Notes under the pieces: generated by a model
The model's database searches: none
Seen by the model: only the letters and a program-made list of their open reading frames with translations
What the model was told of the DNA's origin: nothing
Shown: positions 27,820 to 40,676 of the stretch, piece by piece
Numbering within the stretch: position 1 is the stretch's first letter
Layout of the letters: each line of letters starts with the position of its first letter
Program-made: the position numbers and the translations under genes
Assembly: GCA_964016885.1 (NCBI GenBank)
Contig: OZ024744.1
Location: 73,904,001-73,968,000, forward strand
DNA: 64,000 nt
DNA from: Eledone cirrhosa
Lineage: Eukaryota
Reading direction: 5' to 3'

Positions 27820-27957
27820 CATTGAAAAAGTGGAGAATAACATGGTCAACAGTGTTCATCAAATGTTTAGACAACTTTATCAGAGAATAAATTGTTAGAC
27901 TGTAAATAAATCCCCTTTTTTGTACTGTTGACCAACATGGTCTCCACTTTTTCAATT
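27820..27957. repeat. Fold-back element between (TA)n tracts
   Basis: attgaaaaagtggaga..catggtcaacagt / actgttgacc..tctccactttttcaat inverted arms. Confidence 0.6.
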
Positions 27958-27990
27958 TTACACATATATATAAATATATATATATATATT

Positions 27991-28054
<64 letters not shown>

Positions 28055-28075
28055 TATACATATATATATATATAC

Positions 28076-28113
<38 letters not shown>

Positions 28114-28240
28114 AGAGAGAGAGAGAGAGAGGGGGGGAGATAGATAGATAGATAAATAAAGAGATATATTTCTCTTGACCATTATCTTTTGTTTGTCATA
28201 AAATTCTCTAAAAGGCTACAAAATAAATTCCCAAATACGT

Positions 28241-28570
28241 GCGCGAAATTTAATGAACTTGTTCACGTGACAGCCATAATTTCATTTATAACCAATCAAA
28301 TTACATTTATAAAAAAAAGCCTTCCTGAGCCCCTTTTTTTAAGTAAAAAGAAATTCAAACAAACTGGCGCGAAAGCTGATGTGCTTATTCACGTGACTGC
28401 ATCAACCAACCAAACTTCACTCCTATATGAAAAACAACCTGAGCCTCCCCCCCCCCCACTTTTGTTTGAAGAACTTTATAAGGCGAACTGGCGCGAAATT
28501 TATTATACTTATTCACCAACCAATCAAATTACTTCTCTAAAAACCTGGCGTTTCGAGCCACTTTTTTCCA
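28241..28570. repeat. Degenerate tandem repeat, about 125-bp unit x 2.7
   Basis: GCGCGAAA at 28241, 28367 and 28491, each followed by related TTCAC(GTG), CCAAT/CCAAC and GAGCC blocks. Confidence 0.65.
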
Positions 28571-28918
28571 TATAAAACAAGTAGCATTCAAAGACCAACC
28601 AGATGTGAGAAAAACCACAGACCCTCCATCTCAACTCTACTTTTGAAAAGCAGAAGAACTGCGAAACCGGTAAAGGAACCAAATAAATATATATATTTTT
28701 AAAAAAAATAAGACTTCAGTTGCATTTTCGATTTCATCTTTATTTCTTTATACATTCACTTGAGTAGGACACCTCGGTTATTTTTCATTTTGTAAAAAAT
28801 CCTCACTTTCTAATGTATATATATATATATATACGTTATTCCGGGTTGAATCGGAGGTAACCACAGTAAGTAAGGTACTCAATACATTGCAGAGTATAAA
28901 AGTTTTAATATAGATGAG

Positions 28919-28965
28919 ATTCTACAGGACTAGAACTGTTTCATTCTTTAGAAATCATCAGGAAT
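28919..28965 (-). ncRNA. Hammerhead ribozyme motif (left arm of perfect palindrome)
   Basis: Exact reverse complement of 28964-29010. Confidence 0.75.
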
Positions 28966-29010
28966 TCCTGATGATTTCTAAAGAATGAAACAGTTCTAGT
29001 CCTGTAGAAT
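28964..29010 (+). ncRNA. Hammerhead ribozyme motif (family C)
   Basis: attc-CTGATGA-t ttc taaa gaa t-GAAA-cag ttctagtc ctg-TA-gaat. Confidence 0.75.
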
Positions 29011-29014
29011 CTCA

Positions 29015-29055
<41 letters not shown>

Positions 29056-29113
29056 CGTTTCTTATTGGCAACATGACCCTCCCAAAGTATAACAATATAT
29101 ATATATAATTATA

Positions 29114-31330
29114 TAGGGGCGTAGCTAGGGTAAACGGCGCCCAGGGCAAACATCAAAATTGCCCCCCCCCCCCCCTCAAAAAGTCAAGATCCACAAAGAC
29201 GAAATTACGGTAGAATTTATAACAAAAAAACAGAAAACGGTTACAACTTGATTTTTTCGGACTTTTAATGAGGCAAACTGGTTGCTAATTTCCTCGAAAT
29301 CAGTTCGTTCAAAGTCTTAGATTTCTACACTCAAAAGGGCGAGGTCAGTCACCCGTTGTTGGCCCATTGAGGTTCTCAAATACGAATGTATTAGCTTCAG
29401 CTTGCTGAACGACCTCTCGTAACTGGCAATTGAAATAGAAATCGTCAACATTATTTGAATGCCGATTCGCAAATTGGGAAAAACAGATTCATCGCCGTAT
29501 TGTATGATGAATTGGAGAAGTGCCTCCGGCTTTAAAATTGGGTCAGCTGTCCTAGTAGCCAGCAAAGATCGGCAGTCTAAGATTTCCTCATACAATTGCT
29601 CTCCATCGATGTCGGAGTTGTATAGTTCCGCAAGACTGTTGCACCTTTGTTTAAAGACAAGGTTATAAGGAGCAGCCAAACAGATAGTTGACATCAAGAA
29701 GAAAGCCAAAACTTGAGTCGGTTTCCTTAAGTCGAATAAACTGTTCTTCCATTTCTGTTTGCATTGCTCTCTCTGTCCCTTTTCTGGCAGCCACCTCGAC
29801 GTCCTCAGTAATTTCGGTATTGGTTTGTCGTCTTCCTCGCCTCCTCGGAAAATCGACATTCCATTTCTGGCAGAGGTCGAAGCCCATTTCAAGAGACTCA
29901 TGGATTAAGGATGTTCCTTTTTCTTTAAAATAATGTTGAAGGGCTCCTATATCAGCTGCAGCATTGTGAAAATTCATTCTTGGATCTTGAAGTCTCTTTT
30001 GAACCCGGTCAATTCGTGAGAGAATCGTGTTCCAGAATCCAATGAAGTTCAGGAATTCATAACTCAGTATCTGATTATGGAGGTTACTGGCATCACTTCT
30101 AATCTCGCATGTCTCTGTTTCATCATCACTAATTTTTTCGAGAACTTGAACAATCAGCGTCAAATAATTCGCCACCGGTCTGACTGCAGTACATCTAGCA
30201 CTCCACCGCGTGTCGGAAGGATATTTAACAACCACTGGAACAACTTCTTTAAGGGCTTCCCATCGTCGTGTTGAACGAGAAAAAAAAGTTGTATAACGAG
30301 TCAATGCATCTGAAAAAGTTCATCATAACAGAATCGGTTTTGGCTGCATGAAGACCAGCCAGATTAAGTGAATGGTTATCGCAATTAACGAAGTGAAACA
30401 AATTCTTCTTCTCTCTCATTCTCTGCTGAAACCCACTGCGGTGCCCAGCCATTATGGCAGCATTGTCGTAGCACTGCGATCGACAGTTCTGAAGTGGTAG
30501 GTCATCTTTTTCTAGCTCTTTCACGATTGTTTCAACAAGGCTTGCGGCATCTTTTTTGATTACTTGAATGAATCCAAGAAAAGATTCCCGCACAACGACC
30601 GTCTTCATATTGAAATCAACATCGACATATCGCACAACTTTTGACAGTTGTTCTCGGTGCGCCTGGTCAGGAGTCGAATCAATCAGCAGGCCATAGTATC
30701 TTGCTTTTTGGATATGATTTAGTAAATTCTGACGAACTGTATTATAGAAGAAAACATTGAACCCTCTAAACTGGAGTCAAATTGAATTCCTAATAGAAGC
30801 TATCCGATCCTATCTGGCCATTTGGATTATGATGCCTTTTCTATACGTCTTATGTACCAGTTGTAAAAGACAAACTACTCTGTTTTGTAAACCAGCTTCA
30901 TAATTATAATTATCTTGTATTGGTCATTGCAATGCATTGCTAAAAATAGCGCCTACGTGTCCACCAGTTGCACGTCCAAAACTACGTCCCTTCAGTCAGT
31001 GTGTGTGTGTGTGGGGTGGGGTGGGGGGTCAAGTGAGGTATCCGCTGTTTTGCAATGTATAGCTAAAATTAGCGCCCGCATAATTGCAACCCATCCTGCT
31101 GTCGGTGTGGGGCGTGTTTTTGTGAAGTCAAATCATACATCTGCTCTGTCTAGTGCACTAGACATGGCGTGGAAGTCGGCTATCAAGAAATCACATGCTT
31201 CATTTTTGGGTTATATTTTTAAAAATGATAAAAGCGACATGGATGTAAATCGATCTAGGTCGAAATTGCGCCCCCCTAAATATGGCGTCCGTGGCATGTG
31301 CTCTGCTTGGACACCCTAGCTACGCCACTG
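29114..31330 (-). mobile_element. hAT DNA transposon, internally deleted
   Basis: TIRs TAGGGGCGTAGCTAGGGT / ACCCTAGCTACGCCACTG enclose a transposase remnant; flanks are TA-rich. Confidence 0.9.
29255..30742 (-). pseudogene. hAT transposase (ZMYM1/DUF4371-like), frameshifted, N-terminus missing
   Basis: IDSTPD..EQLS..RYV, QCYDNAA.MAG, CDNHSLNL, DTRWSAR and the dimerisation motif FPNL..ASYERSFSKLK, spread over three frames. Confidence 0.88.
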
Positions 31331-31346
31331 TATATATATATATATA

Positions 31347-31603
31347 CAATATATATTAATAAATGGAAACTATACTTATAAAACCATATTTATTTTATTA
31401 TACATATTTCAAAGGCCAAATTATTGCCTTGGTGGCCCTTGAAATATATATAATAAAATAAATATGGTTTTATAAATATAGTTTCCATTTATTAATATAT
31501 TATTAATATATTGTGTATTTACTCCACTAAACTGTTGAGTGCTTTATATCAGGTATAAACATTTTTTAAGCTTGTTGAATCCCAACAAATTAAATATAAC
31601 CTC

Positions 31604-31606
<3 letters not shown>
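31347..31606. repeat. Family D fold-back element
   Basis: Palindrome of about 31352-31500 pivoting on the stem-II region aaaggcc..ggtggccctt. CTGATGA is absent. Confidence 0.75.
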
Positions 31607-31675
<69 letters not shown>

Positions 31676-31940
31676 TACACATATATAGGATGTCACTAAA
31701 CTGCACGAACCACCACAGAAATATAATCATTAAGTACATTCTAGCCTTCTTAGTTCTATACCATAGTAATGTCTGTAAGTACCTTATCAACCCATAAATA
31801 TACCCCTTCTCAGCTGCTGTCAACACAACTTCCTCACAAATGACTCTCAACAAATGAACCTAAATCCAAAAACATTTCAAAATACTACTACAGCAGAACA
31901 TTACCTTCCTACTGTTATAATTGTAGTCAGCATGTTTTCT

Positions 31941-31990
<50 letters not shown>

Positions 31991-31992
31991 GA

Positions 31993-32035
31993 TTGCCCTG
32001 ATGAGTCCTTAATAGGACGAAACATTGTCGGCTAA
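31993..32035 (+). ncRNA. Canonical minimal type I hammerhead ribozyme
   Basis: gcc-CTGATGA-gtcct taat aggac-GAAA-cattg-TC-ggc. Intact core, G10.1-C11.1 pair, GUC cleavage triplet. Confidence 0.85.
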
Positions 32036-32179
32036 TAAAGACTTTTGATGTATTGAAGGCTTCTTTGTTTTACTCTCTTAAATGTTCGGCTCTGTTTAAC
32101 TACATTGAGCTATACCTTTTACTGTCATTTCTATAATACGAAGAGGGTGTTTAACTCCAACACACTCCAGTATTTTAAC

Positions 32180-32245
<66 letters not shown>

Positions 32246-33051
32246 TGCCTCCTTAACTTCTGTATTAACTTGCCTATTATATTGCTACTGTGTTAATGTT
32301 GTCTTATACATGTATGTTATTGATCATGAGAAAGCTAGACAATCCTTTCATCTAATATAGACCACACAAATATTGAACCTATCACCACGAATATTACTAT
32401 CCTCACTACAGTGATAAATTTTTCATCTGTCAGATAATAAATGATTCTTACGGCCACCAGACCTGCATTGTTTAAAGCCACCGGCTTATCTTTACACTAT
32501 ATATAATACACCCCATGACAGCTTTTACATGTCAATTTTATACATCTGCCTCGTGTCAGCTAGTTTTACACGCTAAAATCGTAGATATACTATATTTCTC
32601 ACCTAGATTGATGTGATTATTTCAAATAATTTATTGCTAGCATTGTAGTGTTTGTTGTTATTGTTCTGATTGAATGCCATTACTACTATATATAGTAGCC
32701 ATGCCTGTATATTCCTTTCATTCTCACAAGCTCCGATGAATTGACTGGTTATAACTATGTATTGGTGATCGAATGACGTGAAAACAAGCGGGTAGCGATC
32801 TCTAGACCTACCAGTTCAGAGAAACAATTGTCAGCAATCAGATTAAAAACGTTTTTAGTATAGCAAACCGTGTCACTCTTCTTTCCTGATTTATCATTAC
32901 TCCAAGTGTTTACAACATAGAAATTACCGCGTACTCGCAGCATCACCATGAAAACGCCTTGTTGAGTCAAACTTAGCCAAGCGTTGATATCATCCACTAC
33001 TCGGAGTACCATAACTTAAGTGGACTACCTATAACAATAATCTGTTACCCC

Positions 33052-33086
<35 letters not shown>

Positions 33087-33087
<1 letters not shown>

Positions 33088-33274
33088 CAAAGGAATTGTG
33101 GTAAGGAACCAGATGGACCATAACGTACCAGAGTACTCAATACTTAGGGTAGTAGAGTGGGAAATAGGAAAAAGTATGGCCCCGATGGCAGAGCTCAAGC
33201 CGTTTTGACGGCTATTTATGGACTGAAATAGCCGTCGAAACGGCTTGAGCTCTGCCGTCGGGGTCATACTTTTT

Positions 33275-33280
<6 letters not shown>
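33087..33280. repeat. Family A fold-back element
   Basis: Palindrome 33164-33280 centred on the 11-bp hairpin gacggctattt/aaatagccgtc. Confidence 0.8.
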
Positions 33281-33326
<46 letters not shown>

Positions 33327-33355
33327 TATAGATATATAGATAGATAAATAAATAA

Positions 33356-33404
<49 letters not shown>

Positions 33405-33406
<2 letters not shown>

Positions 33407-33681
33407 AAAGTCTGTCTTAAGCCAGAAGGCTCATTTGGCCGGTGCTTATCCCGGTTTCATGGCGTGAAGCGACTGAGAGTAGAGACTCCCCACTGGACAG
33501 GACGCCAGTCCATCGCAGGGTTGAACCTCCAGCTTTTGCTGGTACTCATTTTCAGCTGAGTAAACTGGAGCAACGTGAAATAAAGTGTCTTGCTCAAGGA
33601 ACCAACACATCACCCGTTCCGAGAATTGAACTCACAACCTTTCGATTGCAAGCCTAATGCTCTAACCACTAAGTCATGCGC

Positions 33682-33682
<1 letters not shown>
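33405..33682 (-). mobile_element. tRNA-derived SINE, family S2
   Basis: Minus strand begins ggcgcatgacttagtggttagag (A box) ... gagttcaattctc (B box), then a cttgagcaagacacttt central domain and an (agactt)-like tail. Confidence 0.85.
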
Positions 33683-33717
<35 letters not shown>

Positions 33718-34104
33718 CATATGTGTGTGTGTGTATGTGTGTGTGTATATATGTTTATATGTTTTTATATGACACTAAGAGGATTAGTATCCCCATATGA
33801 GATGAGTGTGGCGAAACACTGGTTACGTCAGGCTAATCGTATGGCACTTTCATTTTTTTTCGCCATTACGATTAGCCGGAAGAAACCAGTGTGTTTCCGC
33901 ATGAATCACATATGGAAAATATCTGTGGGTGTTCCTCTTATTCTATTGTACAAATGTATATATACTTCAACTTTATATTGAGTAGTCTCATTATTCTAGT
34001 CGATACATTCAAAGTAAAAACACATATACACACGCATACTCATACTCATACACGTACACTGACACAGACAGATAAACACAGACACACACATACACACACA
34101 CACA

Positions 34105-34225
<121 letters not shown>

Positions 34226-34323
34226 TAACATAACAGATTAAAGTTGAAGGAAAGAATCGCTGCTTTTACCCTTAACAGGATCTTATCGAGATCTCTTCGG
34301 ATTATAGTCTTCACCTTTATTAT

Positions 34324-34441
<118 letters not shown>

Positions 34442-34459
34442 GTGTGTGTGTGTGCATAA

Positions 34460-34850
34460 ACAAATACCAGACCTTATACTAACAGTAGCAAGAGATGTTA
34501 TCTCTGCTTGGGTGAAAAATTCAGGATCTTACAAGTTTTGTCCTCTGCGAATAATTACCTGAACTCTAAGAACAAATTTCTTAAAGGTTGTCTACAACTG
34601 AAAGGCCCCATTCTTCCCCCAATGGAAACGTTCCATAAATTCATCAGATCTTCAAGATCTTTGACATTGATTTCCATATTTTCTACATAACTATTTTTGA
34701 TTTCCACACCTACACATTTCAACTCCAACACTTAAATAGAAATCTGTATATTACATACCACCACATAACACCATACATTGTCTATACTGAACATGACACC
34801 ACCATAATTAAATGCAAAATATACTTACAAAATCGAACACGTAGAGACGG
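34460..34850 (+). mobile_element. PLE GIY-YIG C-terminal fragment plus 3' UTR
   Basis: RPYTNSSKRCYLCLGEKFRIL..LNSKNKFLKGCLQ aligns by eye to the C-terminus of the 58-60 kb PLE. Confidence 0.7.
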
Positions 34851-34856
34851 CCACAT

Positions 34857-35030
34857 ACGGTAGAGGGTCGGACGCCATGCTTTGACGCATAGAGTTATAG
34901 CCCTTGCCATTCTGAGTTCAAATCCCGCCGAGGCTAACTTTGCCGTTCACCCTTACGGGGTCGATAAAATAAAGCAACAGTAATGCACTGGATAATTGCT
35001 GGCTTTGTGCCAAAAGTAGAAACAATTATT
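34857..35030 (+). mobile_element. SINE S1 copy
   Basis: Near full-length match to 876-1046. A partial copy lies at 37325-37431. Confidence 0.8.
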
Positions 35031-35348
35031 ACTTATCTCCCTTTGTTATAATAGTTAAATAAATATTTAATAAAAGAACGGTATTAAACACTATACTTTT
35101 AACGATATTTTCAACCTCGTCCCAGTGACTAATGACAGGGTCACGAATTTGGCCGGTCCTCGATGCATTCTGCATCACCCAACACAACCAGAGGTGATGG
35201 CCATAACTGGGTCTTGAAATTTAATTAATTCAGTTAACATATAGTCAATATCGAATGCAGCGTTTACAATATATCTGATCATTTACACACACACACACAC
35301 ACACATACACAAACACACACACATACACAAACACACACAAACACACAA

Positions 35349-35390
<42 letters not shown>

Positions 35391-35600
35391 CAAGCCTGAA
35401 ATGCATAGACCGTTGTCTCTCTTTTCCCCCTTGCTTCTGCTGGACACCACCAGAGGGTGTTAGCCCCGGTGTTTGCATAGCTATGGCTTCCTAAAACTGT
35501 GTTTCTTTAGATATTTCCTAAAACTATGTTTCTTTAGAAATGTCTATACATATTTGTATAAAGCTATGCTTGAAGCGAAATACTATATATATATATACGC

Positions 35601-35633
<33 letters not shown>

Positions 35634-35699
35634 TGTGTAAATATAAACACATCCACACGCATATATATACACTTATATATATTTAACTTCCTCTCTCTC

Positions 35700-35732
<33 letters not shown>

Positions 35733-35815
35733 CATATATGTATATATATATATATATGTGTGTGTGTGAGTGTGTATATTGAGTGAGAGAGAGAGCAAGA
35801 TACATAAAGAGATTC

Positions 35816-35863
<48 letters not shown>

Positions 35864-36583
35864 CTCTTATGTCGTATATTATAGTATTTGTGAAATTTCG
35901 ATAGCATAGTAATATGTTTGGTTTGTCGTCAAAATTTCGTATGCAGAATTTTGACAATAATGTTACTCTCCATAGTCGAAAATTAAAAGAAAATTCAACT
36001 GGTTAAGAAGAAAATACGAATGAAAAGAAAGGTACCATCATTTCAGAAACTTATATAAATGACTTTTTTCCTTCTTTTATTGAAGTTTAACCCGCGAATA
36101 AATATAAAAAGAAATGAATAGATAAATAAAGAAACGAAAAAATGTAACACAAACGTAAAGAAAACACATTTTTCTCGATCTGAGTGTTAGCAAATGATTA
36201 TAACAATGTTTGTTTTTTGTTTTTATCAGTATAAAGTGTGATATATTTGTAAACTAATAGTTGAGAATTAGAAATCCTAGAAATCAGTATACTATCTCTA
36301 TTATTACAACTTACTTCGATGAGCCTTTTAATTTTATTGCAAAAAGAAGCCTTTAGCTATTAATTGGATAGAATTAAACCACAATAATCATGAGCTACGT
36401 CAACAAACTAATTGATAAAAATATCGAAATTTTATATAGAAGAATTAGATATACTTTAAACAAATCATTCGAGTGCAAATACCTTTGCAATCAAACACAT
36501 TCACACACTCATATACATACACACACATATATATATATACACACACACGCACACACACATATATACACACACACGTGCGCGCG

Positions 36584-36614
<31 letters not shown>

Positions 36615-36699
36615 GTATATGCCTACATACATATATATATGTATATACATATATATATATATATATAAATATATAAATATATATATATATATATATGTG

Positions 36700-37324
36700 T
36701 GTGTACTTTGTGTTCACGTACGTCTCCGAACATATGCGTATTTACATGTAGGTATGTGTGCGCGCGCGCGTTATATGCGTATTTATGTGTGTATATTTAT
36801 ATACGTTTATATAATTATATGTATGCACGCACACACACACACACATATATATATTTTTTAATATATATTTTTATGTGTATTTGATGTATACGTTCGTATG
36901 TGTGCGGGTACAGGCGTTGCGTAGGTTCAGTATGTGCGTGCGTGATTTTGTGTACGTGCTTGTATTTGCATACCCATGGCAGGTGTTTTCGCGTATACAT
37001 GTGTATGTACGTATATGGATAAGAGGGATGTATATATTTAATTTTTGTTTATTTCAATTACCTCTGTAATTTATTTATATTATTCTTAACTCTGAAGCCG
37101 AGAATCATTCGGTTTCCTAATTAGAAATTTACTCTACGACTTCAGTTATACCATAAACGTGGTTTTGTCTTTGCGTGTAATTGTTCTCAACGTGCCACAT
37201 AATGACGTATTATCTTCGTTTTTTTTCCGTTCATTGCCAGAGAACGTCTCCACGAACTACCTACTAGAATATTAGTCTAAGACTTCATTTATACCATAAA
37301 CGTGGTTTTGTCTTTGCGTGTAAT
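36700..37324 (+). mobile_element. Orphan copy of the PLE 3' UTR
   Basis: Colinear with 60570-61070 (cgtctccgaaca..., ccataaacgtggtt repeats). Confidence 0.7.
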
Positions 37325-37924
37325 ACCGCCGAGGTTAGCTTTGCCTTTCATCCTTACGGGGTCGATAAAATAAAGGACCAGTAATGCACTGGTATAATTG
37401 CTGGCCTTGTGCCAACAGTAGAAACAATTATTTAAGCATAGAAAAATATACCCCCCCCCCATGAAAAAACAATGAAATCAAATAGTAAAGTAAAATAATA
37501 ATAATAACATTGACGAATTCATTATTATTATTTTAAAAAAAACAATCCAGGCTTTAAAAAATATATTGGAATTAAGCTTAAAACATTATTTAGAATCGAC
37601 ATATCTTAGCAATTAATAAATTATGCCAGGAATACCCAATTACAAAATATAAAATCTGATAAGAAAAATATATATCTAATTTCTACAGACCAGGATCACA
37701 AACAACGCTTAAACTAGATACAGTTTGTGTTGAAAAGAAATAAATATCAATAAACGAGGATAAATGGTGACACTAAATGTTAAACTATTGAGTACTTACT
37801 GTTAAAAATTGTCTTTTAAAGAGTAAAAAAAAATCTAATCCTTACCCACAAAGAAAAGATATATTTCTTTTGATGTAACAATACAGCTAATTTTGTTAAA
37901 TAGCCGGTACTTATTTTTGGTGTT

Positions 37925-38345
37925 ATCGTTGTTGTTGTTGATGTTGTTGTTGTTGGTGGTGCTGTTTATACCATCTCTGCCAACCTCTAAAATCCCAAAC
38001 GGAGAGTACCATGAAGAAAAGTTTCCGCAGGTGTGAGCCTCCCGAGTTGGAATGCCTCTTCCAGCGCATCTCCCTCACCATCCTCCGGAGAAAACTCTTC
38101 TCCATTCTGTCCGCCGGGGCTGTGGGGAGGCCACCACTATGATTATTCAACCGTTTCATTACCACAAAAGCGTTACCGCGAAGAATGGCCAGAGACACCT
38201 ACTGCAACAGCAACCCTCACCTCAAGAGGCTCCCTCCTCACGCGGACCGTCGTCTTTTTGACTTTAAGGAGGGAATTAGCAATGCGGTGACGAAGGACGC
38301 CAGAGGTTTTGACAGAGACTGATGCAATGAGGAAATTGCTTATTT
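37925..38345 (-). mobile_element. CRE-clade (RLE) non-LTR retrotransposon 3' end
   Basis: VSVKTSGVL..SLAILRGNA is a CRE-type C-terminal motif. Ends in (CAA)n. Confidence 0.65.
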
Positions 38346-38454
38346 TATTGTTTCAAAACCCTTAGCTGGTCATCGCCTCATATACATCATTGAATGTTTT
38401 AAATACCGCATCTGTCATACAATTTCTTACTCTTTCTACAACTACCCTCTTCCG

Positions 38455-38995
38455 GTAGGAATCAGAATTCTTTAATTTACTCCAAGAAATTGAGTATTTA
38501 ATATTCTTCTCTTTCAAAGACCATATTAATTGTGATAGTGATGTAGACATTTTTTTATCTGGATTAGAAAACAAATGTTTATGATTGGAAAAGCGAAACT
38601 TAAAGTTCGAAGAAGTGACACTAATAAGTATTATTATTATTTGTCTTAATGGTACATTTATACACTAGATTCTTGTCAAGGCAATTAATTTGTAAAGGAC
38701 ATTCAGATTTCCTTCTACAGAATTCTGATTCCTACCGAAACGCTTCCATTTCACCAAATTGCAATCTTTGCAAAAGAAAAATATTAAATACTCAATTTCT
38801 TGGAGTAAATTAAAGAATTCTGATTCCTACCAGAACGCTTCCATTTCCCCATATTGCAATCTTTGCATTTCAGAGATTCTATTAATAATTACAAATTATG
38901 GTAATTTAATTAATAATAAGAAAGAATTATTTGGAAGCTGTCTACATAAGACTGGAAGAACCTTTCAAGCATTATACAAATTTCGAAAAAAATAG
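38455..38995. mobile_element. PLE GIY-YIG fragment with 5' inversion
   Basis: Minus 38455-38720: CPLQINCLDKNLVYKC..FKFRFSNHK..STSLSQLIWSLK. Plus 38760-38995: CNLCISE..NNKKELFGSCLH. Confidence 0.8.
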
Positions 38996-40144
38996 TGACT
39001 ATTAATAATTCTTGAAATATTATTATATATATATAACGTTTTGCTTTACCTTAAAAATTGTATATCGTTTTTATATAGTAAATTAATCTCATGATGAGTA
39101 TCGGTATCCTAACTTTGGATTTGGAAAGGTCATTGTTTAACTAGAAATTTCTGAATTTATGGTTTGAAATATCTTTTGGCTTTCAAAATACTTAAATATC
39201 TTAAATGTTCACATATGATGAACGAGTTATCTTCCTTTCTTTACATTCTTCGTAAATAATTTTGTTCTGTCCGTATTGCTTGCTAATGTATGATTTATAC
39301 AGTTTAATAATATATGAAAAATCCTTAAAGGGAAACTATATATAATAAGATGTAATTACGGAAGTAAAATCGAAATAATAATACTTTTAAGAGTAAATAT
39401 AAGTACTAATTAATCCTGTAATGAAATAACAACCAATGAATTGAAATGATTTTATAATGAAAATAGAATAATTCAGATAATAATTCTTAACATAATATAA
39501 AATAAATTTACTGAGGGTGATATATGCATGGGTTTTAATAAATATCCTTATACATATTTAATAGGTATTTAAACATGCTTGAAGATAAAAATGTTTTTGA
39601 ATATTGTAACAAAATATTTAGTAAATATATTACTTAATTAAACTATGGTTCTGATTCCTATAGAATCTATTTTTATATTGTTTAATTTTGATATAATATA
39701 TTAGTATAATTAGCTTAAACATAACCAAATACAAAAGATATTAATACATTTCATGGTATTTAATTGGTCGCTTCTATTTGACTTAATATTTGAAAGCAAC
39801 GGTCATTTATCATTTCTCTTTCTTTCTTTTTTGCCGTTATTTCTTTCTTCTTCTCTCTTCTATCTATCTCTCTCTCTCTCTTCATTTTTATTCCCTAATA
39901 CGTCTATTTACGCATTTAAATATTTATGTATGTATGTATATATTTATTTTCTTCTTGCATTTCTTCACACTCACCCCTCCTTATACCTATATCTCGCTAC
40001 ACATCCTGTTCTTCATTAAATATAAGTTTATCATGTTATTATTTCTGGTACATAAACGTTGAGATTTGTTGTAATAAATCACTGCCAATACTGGAATTGA
40101 AGCATCAAGACCGTTGAGGTATGTCATACATCAATTCATGTATT

Positions 40145-40202
40145 TTATCTGACGAGGACGTACTGAAAAAACAGCACAGTACCTTCGAAATATATATAAT
40201 AA
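40145..40202 (+). ncRNA. Minimal hammerhead motif (family D-related)
   Basis: ttat-CTGACGA-gga c gtactg..cagtac c ttc-GAAA-tatata-TA-ataa. Confidence 0.7.
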
Positions 40203-40250
40203 CACATATTTTGATTATGTGAATGTCTTCATTTATTAATATTCTGAATA

Positions 40251-40336
<86 letters not shown>

Positions 40337-40353
40337 TATATATACATTCATAG

Positions 40354-40404
<51 letters not shown>

Positions 40405-40676
40405 TATCCCCTCAATCATATTATAACGCATCAGCATATGATTTCAGGGAAGATTTTAGCAAGGTCAGCCCCTACGTAACGGCTGTTTCGTTTTCGCTTG
40501 GCATATTTAAATAAAAGAGTATGATACGGTTGCTCAGAGGAGCAAACTTTTGTTGTGGGCATTACGAACACAGGCAAAGGTATAAGCACAACATGTTTGT
40601 TGGACGTGGTAGCTATACTGACCGATACACTTTCTCGATATACTTTCAATGAGTGCTGTTAAACACACATTCCCTC

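Noticed and set aside
29106-31338. 8-bp TSD of the hAT element
   Set aside because: taattata versus tatatata in a TA-rich context is not diagnostic.
32730-32790. CCGATGA...GAAA as a hammerhead
   Set aside because: No convincing stems I-III could be paired.
33610-33682. tRNA gene
   Set aside because: A and B boxes run into a SINE body with no terminator; it is a SINE head.
37923-38198. PolyQ protein exon
   Set aside because: LAILRGNA marks a CRE retrotransposon end and the Q run is its (CAA)n tail.
39085-39135. Hammerhead downstream of the 38.5-39 kb PLE fragment
   Set aside because: The core reads ATGATGA and stem I cannot be formed; too decayed to call.
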